Source: a virus
Strand: one strand, 5' to 3'
Virus record (IMG/VR): IMGVR_UViG_3300045450_000145
Location: 1 to 64,000 of that record
Length of the DNA stretch: 64,000 bases
In this document: one piece after another, positions 51,964 to 62,505 of the stretch
Layout: the number at the start of each line of letters is the position of its first letter
How positions within the stretch are numbered: the first letter of the stretch is position 1
Notes under the pieces: generated by a model
Seen by the model: only the letters and a program-made list of their open reading frames with translations
Told to the model about the DNA's origin: nothing
The model's database searches: none
Translations under genes and position numbers: made by a program

Positions 51964-53715
51964 ATGCGATACGAAAAACAAATTCTTGAAGCCTACGAGC
52001 GAATCGGCTTTAAGCCACGAGATAAGCAAGTTGAGCACATTAATAAGATTCTGATCGCGTTTCTTGACGAACAATTCAAGAACGTTATTTTGTCTGCGCC
52101 GACAGGTACTGGTAAATCCATCATCGGGGCGGTGGTGGCCGATGTAGTTCAAACCATCAAGAATCCTGGCGTAAATCGCGGCGCATCATTTCTGCTCACT
52201 GCGACTAACGTATTAGCTGAGCAATACCACGAAACTTTCGTTGACGACGATGCCCCACACGACGAGGTCTTCCACATCATCAAGGGCGCCGGCAACTATG
52301 AATGTGCCGCATTGTCTGAACCACAAGAGCCACAATCTGCCGAAAATTGCGCCATCATGCTTTTCAAGAAGAGCGGCATGGATGACATTATCAGCCAATA
52401 TTGTGATAGCTGTGAATTCCAATTCAGCCGGAAGATGAAGGAAAAGGCGCGGCACCTAATCACAAACTATTCATACTATTTCGTTGACCGCATGTACTCG
52501 CAGCACCCAATGGAGAAGCGAGCAGTTTGTGTCTTCGACGAAGCCCACCTATTGAATGACCTTTTCACTGAGCATAATGCAATTTACTTTAGTGAGAAAA
52601 GGCTTCACACAATGGCTGACGAGATTTCTGAAAGCTTAAAGTTGGGCAACACTGACATCTATAAAAAGATCAAATTAATTAAGGACCACCTCGTCGCCAA
52701 AAAGATCACCGAAGATAACTACAAGACATATCTGAAGACGCTACTTGAAGTGTACAATGACATCTCAGATGCAGCAAAGAAGGAAGCAGAGCGTAACGTC
52801 CGCTCTCAAAGCACCTACTTGAAATTAAACAAGCTCAGCAAGAAGTACTTCAATTTTGGGTGCAAAATTGATGACCTATTCATCTTTGACTATCCTCACG
52901 TCTTTGAATTCAAGGAAAAGGATGTCAAGAAGGGCAATAACGACAACGAGATTTCTGTCAAGCCCATCTTTATTGGTGAGATGTTCCAAGCGCTAGATAA
53001 TGCCGATCACAACTTGCTAATGAGCGCCACCATCAGTGAGCAGTATGCGAAGAGAACCATGGAGTTACCTGGCACTACGAAGCACATTCGGCTTGAGCCA
53101 CAATTCCCACCTGCAAACAAGAAGGTAATCTTCTTCAAGACGCAAAACTTGAACTACACCTCGATGAAAGACCCAGTTACGACCAAGAAACTGTGTGCGA
53201 CGACTTATCAGATTGTGAAGCACCATACTGACAAGGGAGAGCGCGGCATTATCTTGGCTCCGTCCTTCAATGTAACTCAGTCTTTGGCTGAAACTTTGCG
53301 CATGATGGGAAATGAGTATAAAGTGTTTGAGCATGAACGTGGTCAGAAGCTGGCCGACATTCTTGAGGACTTTAAGGCTTATACTGGAAAGCCTGCGGTA
53401 TTGCTGACTCCATCAGGCTTCGAAGGTGTTGACTTGCCAGGTGACTTGAGTAGATTCCAGATCATTGTCAAGATGCCATTCGCCTCACTTGGCGATAAGC
53501 GAATTGCGCACATTTTAAGTGTATATCCTGACATTTATGGTCTAACTGCGCTAATGAAAGTCGTGCAAGGTGCAGGCCGGTCGGTAAGATCACATGCAGA
53601 CTGGGCGACCACTTACATTCTAGATAACGCAGCTCAGCGATCTTGGGCCGCCAAAAACAATGAATGGACTGACGAATTTTCCACCAGTTACACTTCACAA
53701 TTAACGCAGGATTAA
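51964..53715 (+). CDS. DinG/Rad3-like SF2 helicase
   Basis: SAPTGTGKS, Cys cluster, DEAH, MSATI, EGVDLPG, QGAGRSVR. Confidence 0.9.
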   Translation: MRYEKQILEAYERIGFKPRDKQVEHINKILIAFLDEQFKNVILSAPTGTGKSIIGAVVADVVQTIKNPGVNRGASFLLTATNVLAEQYHETFVDDDAPHDEVFHIIKGAGNYECAALSEPQEPQSAENCAIMLFKKSGMDDIISQYCDSCEFQFSRKMKEKARHLITNYSYYFVDRMYSQHPMEKRAVCVFDEAHLLNDLFTEHNAIYFSEKRLHTMADEISESLKLGNTDIYKKIKLIKDHLVAKKITEDNYKTYLKTLLEVYNDISDAAKKEAERNVRSQSTYLKLNKLSKKYFNFGCKIDDLFIFDYPHVFEFKEKDVKKGNNDNEISVKPIFIGEMFQALDNADHNLLMSATISEQYAKRTMELPGTTKHIRLEPQFPPANKKVIFFKTQNLNYTSMKDPVTTKKLCATTYQIVKHHTDKGERGIILAPSFNVTQSLAETLRMMGNEYKVFEHERGQKLADILEDFKAYTGKPAVLLTPSGFEGVDLPGDLSRFQIIVKMPFASLGDKRIAHILSVYPDIYGLTALMKVVQGAGRSVRSHADWATTYILDNAAQRSWAAKNNEWTDEFSTSYTSQLTQD

Positions 53716-53734
53716 AAATTGTTATAATTCACTT

Positions 53735-54913
53735 ATGAATTACAAACCCGACCCGTTGGCTTCCCGCCGAGACCAAGCAATTGACAAAGCACTCGGCATT
53801 AAGCGGCGAAAGAGAAACAAATCTATGAAAATTCGAAGAAAGGTTATGCCCATGTCACATCCAATCCGCTCATACGAAGCAATGGACGACACCCACGTTT
53901 ACAAGCAGGGTGTTCGTCGAGATGAAGTCGTGTTGGGAGTTTACGGCACCGAGGAATGGATCGTCAGCGACTTCGCTCGTGATCAATACCTAGCAGGCAG
54001 CCGGTGTGTTCAGATCGACAACATCTACATTGTCCCGGCCGGCTTCAATCTAGCTGAGTGGGTGATGAGTATTACTGACGACCAGTTTAACTTCTTCTCC
54101 TCAAACCGCGTGTTGATCCGCAGCACCAATGCTGATGGTAAACCAGACTGCCTAATTAAGGTAACTTCAGGTCGTGGTAAGATGGAAGTCGAGCTGCTAG
54201 GTGAAGTCAGCAAAGTCAAGCAGTGGGATGGTAAAATCAGCGCCATGTTCAAGAAGGCGCAAAACCTAATTCAGTGGGTTTACAGCCAACGTGGTGATGA
54301 AATTAGCGTGCCACTAAATTACCGCCCACCGGTCGAAGGCGCATATCCATTCCTCGATAAGCCAATCATGGACTACATCGATGACTACCTCAACAGCAGC
54401 GCCAGCATCTTGATCCTGCAAGGTCCACCAGGTGTGGGTAAAACCAGCTTAATTAAAGCGCTCATTCACCGTAGCGCCGCAAATGCTAAAGTTGCATACG
54501 ATGAGAAGGTGATGGCAGATGATAATCTCTTCGCGATGTGGATCGAAGATGACAGCCGCTTCATGGTTCTGGAAGATGCTGATGCATTCCTGAAAACTCG
54601 TGAAGATGGAAACACGATGATGCACAAGTTCCTCAACGTGTCAGATGGATTGATTTCAGCTGCAGATAAGAAGCTAGTTTTTTCCACCAACCTGGACAAC
54701 ATTAAGGACATCGATTCAGCTCTAATGCGACCAGGCCGGTGCTACGACGTTGTCGAAGCCCGCGCCCTAACTGCTAAGGAAGCTCAGAATGTATGCGATC
54801 TAAATCCGGACGCGAGAATGCGCAGCGACAAGTCATCATACACACTAGCTGAACTGTTCTCCGAGATTGGTTCGTCAGAAAAGAAAAAGGACCGCAGAAT
54901 CGGCTTCCTATGA
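53735..54913 (+). CDS. AAA+ ATPase
   Basis: GPPGVGKT, VLEDAD, FSTN..D.ALMRPGR; start uncertain. Confidence 0.9.
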   Translation: MNYKPDPLASRRDQAIDKALGIKRRKRNKSMKIRRKVMPMSHPIRSYEAMDDTHVYKQGVRRDEVVLGVYGTEEWIVSDFARDQYLAGSRCVQIDNIYIVPAGFNLAEWVMSITDDQFNFFSSNRVLIRSTNADGKPDCLIKVTSGRGKMEVELLGEVSKVKQWDGKISAMFKKAQNLIQWVYSQRGDEISVPLNYRPPVEGAYPFLDKPIMDYIDDYLNSSASILILQGPPGVGKTSLIKALIHRSAANAKVAYDEKVMADDNLFAMWIEDDSRFMVLEDADAFLKTREDGNTMMHKFLNVSDGLISAADKKLVFSTNLDNIKDIDSALMRPGRCYDVVEARALTAKEAQNVCDLNPDARMRSDKSSYTLAELFSEIGSSEKKKDRRIGFL

Positions 54914-55206
54914 TCTTGTCATCACGCACCAAGTCATACACCATGGGGGAGGGCGAATACGCTCTTCACCTTAATGCCGCACAACTTGAACTAATCACTG
55001 CATATTTGAATAATACCATCTTAGGTGATAGTGGTTATAAGGGTGCGGCATTTGATTTAGCACTAGCCATTGAGAAGAAAATGGGGCCTGATTTCTTCGA
55101 CCACAGCACCAAACAGGTAATGCTGTGTGTTAACACGTTAGACAAAAATGGTGTTATAATTGACACTATTGATGGATGTGATGCTGCAATTGAGGTAAAA
55201 GAATGA
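54910..55206 (+). CDS. hypothetical protein
   Basis: 98 aa, ATGA overlap. Confidence 0.6.
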   Translation: MILSSRTKSYTMGEGEYALHLNAAQLELITAYLNNTILGDSGYKGAAFDLALAIEKKMGPDFFDHSTKQVMLCVNTLDKNGVIIDTIDGCDAAIEVKE

Positions 55207-55778
55207 AGAAGATTTTTGCAATCGAAGGGCTTGATCGACTTGGTAAGTCAACTTTAATTAAGAACATCCAACATAAGCTTGGCTTTTACCAAGTCATTCA
55301 TTTCTCTAAGCCTGTGGTTCTAGACTGCAAAATAGCTCTTTATAAAAATTTAGGTGGTGACACGCTAGAAAATCGGCGCGAAGCACTAGCAATGTATCAA
55401 AGCGAGTCTTTTTGTAATTCCTTTGTTTTAACTAAAAGTTGCGCTAATATTATCTTTGATAGGTGGCACCTAGGTGAAGCTGTATATGCAAAAAGGTATC
55501 GCGGGTATGATGGTGATTATGTCTTTTGTTTAGAACATATCGGCGATTTAGATAAAGTTAGGCTTATCTTACTAACTGAGAACTTTGACGTGAGCAACCA
55601 TTTCATTAGTGATGGTGAAAGCTTTGATGATAGCAAACGTCTAGAAGAGCAGGAAGACTTTAAACGTGCATTTAATATGTCGCGTATTAAAGACAAGCGA
55701 ATCATCTGCGTAACTGACCCACTGACGGGCTTATTCAGATCAGAAAAAGATATTTTAGCGGAAGCACTGGCGGATTAA
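55203..55778 (+). CDS. dNMP (thymidylate-kinase-like) kinase
   Basis: IEGLDRLGKST P-loop, IFDRWHLGEAVY. Confidence 0.85.
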   Translation: MKKIFAIEGLDRLGKSTLIKNIQHKLGFYQVIHFSKPVVLDCKIALYKNLGGDTLENRREALAMYQSESFCNSFVLTKSCANIIFDRWHLGEAVYAKRYRGYDGDYVFCLEHIGDLDKVRLILLTENFDVSNHFISDGESFDDSKRLEEQEDFKRAFNMSRIKDKRIICVTDPLTGLFRSEKDILAEALAD

Positions 55779-55919
55779 GATGAATGCTGATACCTGGATT
55801 TTACTTATTGCGGCGGTTGTAATTTTCGGGTTTATGTATTCGATGGAATACATCCGGCATGACGTCACTAAGCCGATTATTTTAGTCGTTTTAATTACAA
55901 TTTTGTTAATAATTTTGAT

Positions 55920-56429
55920 ATGAGCTTATTTGGAAAACAATTCGATAACTTAGATCGTGACGTGCAGTCAAAATATAGTCGCATGCTTCGTATTAGAATG
56001 CTAGCATATATGCAGGCGCTGCGACGAGGATATAATGCTGATATTAAGGCGGTAATTATCGGTGATACTCCCGGACCGGGTCGGCCTACTGACCCAAACT
56101 ATCACCACACGCCATTTTACTCAACTAAGAATTCTTCATTCTGGTTGAATAAACAACTCATTGAAAATGGTATCGATGAAAATAAGCTGCTTTGGTATAA
56201 TGCACAGCTTGCAGATAATTCATACCTCGATAAGGTACATGTTGAGGACGTGCTACGTTACAAGCCACAATTTATTGTATTAGGCGGCAATGCAGAAAAG
56301 TGGTTCAAAAAGGCATTACCTAATATGCCTTATGTTAAGGTGTACCATCCACAATTTGCTAAGCGCTTCAAATCTAAGGAACAATACCAACTCATTGAAG
56401 TATTAAAGAATGCCCTATCCTCCTCATGA
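55920..56429 (+). CDS. uracil-DNA-glycosylase-superfamily protein
   Basis: IIGDTPG, PF..S..L, WYN, VLG.NA, YHPQF. Confidence 0.6.
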   Translation: MSLFGKQFDNLDRDVQSKYSRMLRIRMLAYMQALRRGYNADIKAVIIGDTPGPGRPTDPNYHHTPFYSTKNSSFWLNKQLIENGIDENKLLWYNAQLADNSYLDKVHVEDVLRYKPQFIVLGGNAEKWFKKALPNMPYVKVYHPQFAKRFKSKEQYQLIEVLKNALSSS

Positions 56430-56643
56430 GCTGAATGAAAAGGAGCTGATGGAATATCTTACGAAGTATGAAAATGGTGAGATTATTCCAGCTCTAATTA
56501 TGCATCAAGTGTTCATGCTTGCAAGAGCCGAACTAAAAAACAAGGAGTGGTTAAATTACCTAACCACACGTCACATTTCACAATATGGAAAGCCTCTAGA
56601 TGATGTCGCAATTTACCCCAATGACCGAAGACGAGCTCGATGA
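56410..56643 (+). CDS. hypothetical protein
   Basis: 77 aa ORF. Confidence 0.55.
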   Translation: MPYPPHELNEKELMEYLTKYENGEIIPALIMHQVFMLARAELKNKEWLNYLTTRHISQYGKPLDDVAIYPNDRRRAR

Positions 56644-56742
56644 ATGGATTGCGTATTATAATGCCGGCAATGAGCTTGAAGATGACATCATGATAAAGTT
56701 ATTTGCCAGTTTGAAATATTACCTAAACAGGGAAAATGTAAA

Positions 56743-57030
56743 ATGAGAAGCATTGACATTCCACCAGGCGCGCTAAAGGTGACACGTTTTAAGCAATATG
56801 ACGATCACCCTGAAGTGTGGGAAGATTATATTTCAAGTTGTGGCGGTGACACTGGCACGGGTGAATACTATATTACAACCGCAGATGAAGAAGTCACATA
56901 CAATGGAGGAAACTCCTATACAACAAAAGAAATTAAGAGACACATTCGTGTTAATAAAGGTGACTATATTTTTGACATGCCAGGTGGCAATTATATTGTA
57001 GTGCCTAAACCGAGAAAATCTAGTAGTTAA
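56743..57030 (+). CDS. hypothetical protein
   Basis: 95 aa; V..GDYI motif. Confidence 0.6.
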   Translation: MRSIDIPPGALKVTRFKQYDDHPEVWEDYISSCGGDTGTGEYYITTADEEVTYNGGNSYTTKEIKRHIRVNKGDYIFDMPGGNYIVVPKPRKSSS

Positions 57031-57049
57031 TTTAAGGTATTGATGAGGA

Positions 57050-57433
57050 TTGAGAATGGAAGAAAATTTTTCATATATGGAAGATGCCGCAGATAAAATT
57101 TGCCATGCTCTTATAAATGACCCTGATAGGTGGATAGTCTCAACATATTCTCTTTTGGATATTAAAACTAAAATTGACTACTGGATCGGCAGTCCTGAGG
57201 GATACATCATCAATACTTGGAATGGCAACTCAAATGATCGGGTTTTCTCGGATAAACAAGGAAAACGAATCTATGATGCCTTCCAAGCTATGCTAAAGTA
57301 CAAAGAAAGCGAGGCGCAGAAAAGGGTTTTAAAGGGGATGTGCTCTAATACTTCATTAAAAAATCTAGACGATTCTACTTCTAAGCAACCTAATAAAAAT
57401 AAAACTAGTTTTTGGAAGTGGCTCTGTAGCTAA
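57050..57433 (+). CDS. hypothetical protein
   Basis: 127 aa ORF. Confidence 0.6.
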   Translation: MRMEENFSYMEDAADKICHALINDPDRWIVSTYSLLDIKTKIDYWIGSPEGYIINTWNGNSNDRVFSDKQGKRIYDAFQAMLKYKESEAQKRVLKGMCSNTSLKNLDDSTSKQPNKNKTSFWKWLCS

Positions 57434-57469
57434 GATAAGTAAAAGAGTTAAACTCATTTAGGAATAAAG

Positions 57470-58348
57470 ATGAAAGTTTTGGTGACCGGCGGAAGCGGGT
57501 ATATTGGCGCTCATGTGTTGATGGAATTAACAAAGCGGGGCGTTAATTATATTGACGTTATTGATAAGAAATTAACTACGTCACCAAATGACATTTCTTA
57601 TTTGGCAACTAATACTTATGATGGAGACATCTTGAGCGAAGGCGCTCTCAGTATGCTAAGAAAGGACTACGATGCAATCATTCACCTTGCTGCGTATATT
57701 TCAGTTGAAGAGAGCGTGAAGGAGCCAGTCAAATATTGGCGCAATAATTTACTTTCAACGAGCAAAATCATTGATCATGCCAAAGGTGCACATTTAATAT
57801 TTGCATCTACAGGAACTGCATTTAACCCTAATAACCCTTATGCATATTCTAAGTTAGCGTGTGAGCTTGAAATTATTAAAAGGCTTAAAACCAACTATAC
57901 TAATTTTAGGTTCTATAATGTTAGTGGCATGCATTATGTTTTCAAGCCGACTGGTGAAGCTACTCACCTTATTCGACGGGCTGCAATGGCCGCTCGAGGT
58001 CTTATTCCAGAACTAACTGTATTTGGTAATGACTGGGATACTTTGGACGGCACGTGCGTTCGAGACTACATCCACGTTAAAGACCTAGCAGCATCTATCG
58101 TAAATGCGGTCTTTGAAGGTCCAGCTAACACCCCATATGAATGTTTAGGCACTGGTGATGGTTATACCGTAATGCAAGTTATTCAATCGATGAAAAAGGT
58201 AAGCAATACGGATTTCAAGGTTAATGTTTCTGACAAACGACCGGGCGATGTGGGAAGTATGATCTGCGATTCACAATACAAACACATCCGTTTGCATTAT
58301 AATTTAGATGACATGTGCAAAAGTGCATATGAAACTATTGGAGATTAA
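57470..58348 (+). CDS. galE: UDP-glucose 4-epimerase-like NAD-dependent epimerase
   Basis: VTGGSGYIG, HLAA.ISVEES, YAYSK, RFYNV, DGTCVRDYIHV.DLA. Confidence 0.9.
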   Translation: MKVLVTGGSGYIGAHVLMELTKRGVNYIDVIDKKLTTSPNDISYLATNTYDGDILSEGALSMLRKDYDAIIHLAAYISVEESVKEPVKYWRNNLLSTSKIIDHAKGAHLIFASTGTAFNPNNPYAYSKLACELEIIKRLKTNYTNFRFYNVSGMHYVFKPTGEATHLIRRAAMAARGLIPELTVFGNDWDTLDGTCVRDYIHVKDLAASIVNAVFEGPANTPYECLGTGDGYTVMQVIQSMKKVSNTDFKVNVSDKRPGDVGSMICDSQYKHIRLHYNLDDMCKSAYETIGD

Positions 58349-58350
58349 AA

Positions 58351-58542
58351 ATGATCAGAGCATTTTTTACAACATATGTGATTATTGGGATTATCACTTT
58401 AATTGGCTGGATTGCAAATTTAGTGCAACTAGTAAATGGGCCTTCAGTTCTGAAAGACCCTTCCAATGTTACTATCGTTAAAGTGATTGGCGTTCCAGTG
58501 CCGCCAATCGGCGTTATCATGGGTATTATTGGGCTATTTTAA
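58351..58542 (+). CDS. small membrane protein
   Basis: Hydrophobic 63 aa ORF. Confidence 0.6.
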   Translation: MIRAFFTTYVIIGIITLIGWIANLVQLVNGPSVLKDPSNVTIVKVIGVPVPPIGVIMGIIGLF

Positions 58543-58544
58543 AA

Positions 58545-59702
58545 ATGAAAATTTTAATTACCGGTTTTAATAAAAATCAGTGCACTAGAAAATTTTACCT
58601 GCGGCAGCAGCTGAAAGTCGTGCCTTCACATTACAGCCTTTTTAACTGCTTGACTGCGATGGGGCATGAAGTTGAACAGCGCCAAGCGCAGATCGGTGAG
58701 GACCTCTCTGCATATGACGAGGTGATAGTCTTTATCGCAGGTCCTCGTCAACTTGTCGCAACTACAGTATTTGAGGGGCTATGGGCCATCTCACAGAAGC
58801 CAGATTGTATCTTGGCTTTTGATGACTGGCAAGTGCCTGACTTATTCAAGGGCGTCGCAAAGTGCCAAGATCAGAAGGAACTATTTGCGCAGTTTATCTT
58901 AGATGTGAATAAGAAAACCGTAGATCAGCTTGAGCCATATGCAGATGCATTTAGTAAGGCGATTGATGTAATTGTCAAGAAGCAGAATCGAATGCTAATA
59001 TCAGCATTTAAAACTGATCATCTAAATGACGACTCATTTGGTGCCCATCTGCTATTTGACAAAATTGATTACCCAAAAGATCGGCTCTTTGTCTATAATC
59101 CAAATCCATATCACCGCAATCGAAAATGGAATGATGAAGATCATGAGGGTGAAGAAGACCCAACATTTAAGCCATCTTTATTATCAGCAACTTGCAATCC
59201 TCGACCAGGCAAGGAACGACGATTTAACTTTGCAAGTTTAGTACAATCTAAAACGCAGAAGTGGTTGAAAAAGCAAGGCTATACTGGCAATCCAAAGAAT
59301 GACGAAGAAGGTGATATTGGTGGGTGGCCGGTTGATTTGTATGGTTCAAAGTCAGATACACAAAAACGTCTAACTGAAGATCAGATGGTGCAGGTGTTTA
59401 CGAGGGATTGGGCATGTCTAATGCCAGCATATGATCACGCTGGTTCTGGCTGGTGGAGAGCGCGCCCATTACAATGCGCGGATGCTCGTTGCATTTTGAT
59501 CGGAGATGACAAGGAACTTGCAGTGTATTATGGTAAAAACTACCCCCTATTTGGCTTAACTGCGAAGGATATTGTTGATATTTCCCTAAATGATTTGAAG
59601 GAAATTACTGACATTCAAGGTGCTCTTTTATATCAAAATCACCCGCTAGATAAACAAATCCAGCAAAAAGAAATTTCAGAAGTTTTAAAGGCGCCAAAAT
59701 GA
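58545..59702 (+). CDS. GT-B glycosyltransferase, T4 beta-glucosyltransferase-like (DNA-modifying candidate)
   Basis: MKILI..N..KVVPS..L..MG..V resembles T4 BGT N-terminus; C-terminal R..Q...A..IL.D. Confidence 0.5.
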   Translation: MKILITGFNKNQCTRKFYLRQQLKVVPSHYSLFNCLTAMGHEVEQRQAQIGEDLSAYDEVIVFIAGPRQLVATTVFEGLWAISQKPDCILAFDDWQVPDLFKGVAKCQDQKELFAQFILDVNKKTVDQLEPYADAFSKAIDVIVKKQNRMLISAFKTDHLNDDSFGAHLLFDKIDYPKDRLFVYNPNPYHRNRKWNDEDHEGEEDPTFKPSLLSATCNPRPGKERRFNFASLVQSKTQKWLKKQGYTGNPKNDEEGDIGGWPVDLYGSKSDTQKRLTEDQMVQVFTRDWACLMPAYDHAGSGWWRARPLQCADARCILIGDDKELAVYYGKNYPLFGLTAKDIVDISLNDLKEITDIQGALLYQNHPLDKQIQQKEISEVLKAPK

Positions 59703-60256
59703 ATGTATACACCCTCGAAGAGATGAATGACTTACCGGCAGGCACATGCATTCAAGATGCAAAGCTAAAATTAATTAATAATATTGAATACTATGAAGGT
59801 ACAGTATCATTTCGAGGGTGCTCATTTGAAACTTCAGTCTTAGCGTCAATGTGTGAAGAACGTAATAACACGCCTCATAAAGAACTACTAGAAAAAATGA
59901 GTGTCGCTAGAACGAATAGCGCAATAAAAACATTAAAAGACCTTTCACTTAAGAACAAACGCGAGCGGTTAACAACCTACATTGTAATTAATAACACTGG
60001 CTTGGGCGGTTTACCTATCGGCACAAAACTTATCGACTGCGTGCAAGATACCAGCGATCAAAATTTTATTGTTGGTAAAGCTGAACACACTGGCAGCACG
60101 TGGTGTATTGCAAAATCTAAAGTTCGGCCGATTGCAAATGACACAGCGCAGGAAAATATTTCAGTTCTTCTTAAGCAGGTCATTATTGACTTGGCAAAGC
60201 TACAAGCTGATATACAATATATTGCTGATTTAAATCGCTCATATTATGGAAATTAA
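59699..60256 (+). CDS. hypothetical protein
   Basis: 185 aa between GT and glf. Confidence 0.65.
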   Translation: MNVYTLEEMNDLPAGTCIQDAKLKLINNIEYYEGTVSFRGCSFETSVLASMCEERNNTPHKELLEKMSVARTNSAIKTLKDLSLKNKRERLTTYIVINNTGLGGLPIGTKLIDCVQDTSDQNFIVGKAEHTGSTWCIAKSKVRPIANDTAQENISVLLKQVIIDLAKLQADIQYIADLNRSYYGN

Positions 60257-60265
60257 AGGATAAAG

Positions 60266-61525
60266 ATGAATATTTTAGTTGTGGGAGCGGGCTTCTCCGG
60301 TGCAGTTGTGGCCCGTGAACTTGCAGAGGCAGGGCACAAAGTTACAGTAATTGATAAACGTGATCACATTGCAGGCAATGCATTTGATTACGTAAATGAA
60401 CACGGCATTCGAGTTCACAAATATGGGCCCCACCTGTGGCACACAAACAGCGAAGAGGCGCATGCTTGGTTTAGCAAGTTCACAGACTGGCTTCCATACC
60501 GTCACAAGGTGCAAGCATTACTGCCTAATGGTAAGTATACTCCACTACCTATCAATAACCAAACTATTTTGGATATTTTTGGTGAGGAATTCAGTAAGTT
60601 TGTTGATTGCGGCAATCCTAATACCCAAAAATATTGGGGCTATCAGGATGAAGAGGCTGATAACTTGTATTATTACAAGCAGCTCGCATTTAATGACTTC
60701 ATGATGATAAAGAGCGTAGATCATGAAGAAGTCACTAACTCACGTGAGCATGTAGAAGTTTCAGTCGGTAGAGAGCTGTGTGAGCTATTCTTTGCGCCAT
60801 ACACAAAGAAAATGTGGGGTATGGACTTGTCAGAATTGCCAGCTTCTGTTGCTGCGCGTATTCCTACAAATCCTAGCTTCCAAAACGAGTACTTCCCAAA
60901 AGATAAGTTCCAGGGAATGCCGGCAGAAGGTTATACTAAAGCATTTGAAAAAATCTTTGATCACCCAAACATTAAGGTTTTACTTTCTACTGGTAGAGAG
61001 CAATTCTTAGGTGGTAATTTCTATGAAGATCACCGTCGATCTGCTGAAAAGTTCGATCATATCTTCACAGGCGAACCGATCGATACGTATTTTGACTGCA
61101 AGCTAGGTGAACTACCATGGCGTTCCATTAAGTGCAATGTTTACTCAGTGCCATACCCATTAGTATTGCCAGAGTCAGTAGTTAATTTTACGCATGATGG
61201 TCCATATACTCGCATTACAGAGTGGAAGCAACTACCTGGTCATGGTGAGAACCCTTATTGGACTACTTTAACTGCAGAAGAGCCATGCGATTACAAGGAT
61301 AATAGAAATGAGCGCTATTATCCAGTCAAGACCTCGCAGCGCGATGATCCACACCGCAAGTTATATCATGAATATGTAGAATTGGCAGAGAAGGAAGAGA
61401 ATGTCACCTTCATCGGCCGGTGTGGCACATATCAATATTTAGATATGTGGATTGTCATCATGCAGACCCTAAAGATCGTTGAACAATTTAAGGCCCAATT
61501 TAAGGGTCAATTGCCTGTAGTATGA
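60266..61525 (+). CDS. glf: UDP-galactopyranose mutase
   Basis: VVGAGFSG, RDHIAGNAFD, HKYGPHLWHT, YTKKMWG, RYYP, GRCGTYQYLDM. Confidence 0.95.
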   Translation: MNILVVGAGFSGAVVARELAEAGHKVTVIDKRDHIAGNAFDYVNEHGIRVHKYGPHLWHTNSEEAHAWFSKFTDWLPYRHKVQALLPNGKYTPLPINNQTILDIFGEEFSKFVDCGNPNTQKYWGYQDEEADNLYYYKQLAFNDFMMIKSVDHEEVTNSREHVEVSVGRELCELFFAPYTKKMWGMDLSELPASVAARIPTNPSFQNEYFPKDKFQGMPAEGYTKAFEKIFDHPNIKVLLSTGREQFLGGNFYEDHRRSAEKFDHIFTGEPIDTYFDCKLGELPWRSIKCNVYSVPYPLVLPESVVNFTHDGPYTRITEWKQLPGHGENPYWTTLTAEEPCDYKDNRNERYYPVKTSQRDDPHRKLYHEYVELAEKEENVTFIGRCGTYQYLDMWIVIMQTLKIVEQFKAQFKGQLPVV

Positions 61526-61552
61526 TATAATTCCTGACATAGGAGATAAACT

Positions 61553-61858
61553 ATGTCAGGAATTTTTGACGCAGACGTAAAAAGGCGAGCGTTAGTTCGC
61601 AAGTGGCACTCACAACGCTACGGCACAGATATTAACGAGTGGGAAGTCATTGAGCTCAATACCTGCAATAATCAACCATTAAAACCTGGTGATGTGCCAG
61701 ATATTGTGTTAGGGAGTCGCAATCATGATGACGATGTGTGGCTCTATATTACTGGCAACTTTGACTATAAGCAGAAGCGTTGGGTTGCTGATGAGCTCTG
61801 CGCGCAACTTAACATGATCGAAAACCTTCAAGCCGAGAAATTTAAAGATGAACTTTAA
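61553..61858 (+). CDS. hypothetical protein
   Basis: 101 aa, SD aggag. Confidence 0.65.
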   Translation: MSGIFDADVKRRALVRKWHSQRYGTDINEWEVIELNTCNNQPLKPGDVPDIVLGSRNHDDDVWLYITGNFDYKQKRWVADELCAQLNMIENLQAEKFKDEL

Positions 61859-62474
61859 TAAACCAACCCTTATTACCTTGACTGGGCCTACTTGCTCTGG
61901 TAAGTCACACATGCTCACAAAGCTCATTCAGGAAGGATTTACCCGAATTGTTTCCACTACCACCCGTGAATGTCGATCTGGTGAGAAGGAAGGAGTAGAT
62001 TATTTCTACATCAGTGAAGGTGAATCAAATGAGATGGAATTAAATGGCGAGTTTGCAGAACTGGTTACGTTCCTAGGGGTTAGGTATGGTGTTACAAACC
62101 AAGAAATGGCTGGTAAAATGTCGCAAGACACTCCACCAGTTGTAATTCTAGAGCCATCAGGTTTAGAGATGTACAAACATTATTGTAATGCTCACGGTTA
62201 TGGCATCTACTCGATTTATGTTCATACACCAGAAGACACACGAATTACTAGAATTAAGCAGCGTGCTTACAATGACTTGACATTTGGTAAAGCGAACTTT
62301 AAAACCGTAGATGTACTTGCATCACGCATCATCTCGGCGGTGGGTGTAGAGCGCACTTGGATTAGCCAACATAAGTATGATTTAATCGTTGATGGCACAA
62401 ACGAGCAGAAGGCCTTACAAGACATCTATCTTGGGATTGAGCAGCGCAATAAGAGGCAATCAATTTACTCATAA
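61848..62474 (+). CDS. gmk: guanylate-kinase-like NMP kinase
   Basis: GPTCSGKS, STTTR..R.GEKEGVDYFY, YGV. Confidence 0.85.
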   Translation: MNFNKPTLITLTGPTCSGKSHMLTKLIQEGFTRIVSTTTRECRSGEKEGVDYFYISEGESNEMELNGEFAELVTFLGVRYGVTNQEMAGKMSQDTPPVVILEPSGLEMYKHYCNAHGYGIYSIYVHTPEDTRITRIKQRAYNDLTFGKANFKTVDVLASRIISAVGVERTWISQHKYDLIVDGTNEQKALQDIYLGIEQRNKRQSIYS

Positions 62475-62505
62475 ATAAAACCTTTGATGACAAGGGAACG
62501 ATGAC

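Noticed and set aside
33687-54913. Inteins or introns in YeaG, the TS-fold gene, the helicase or the AAA ATPase
   Set aside because: Lengths and motif spacing match uninterrupted family members
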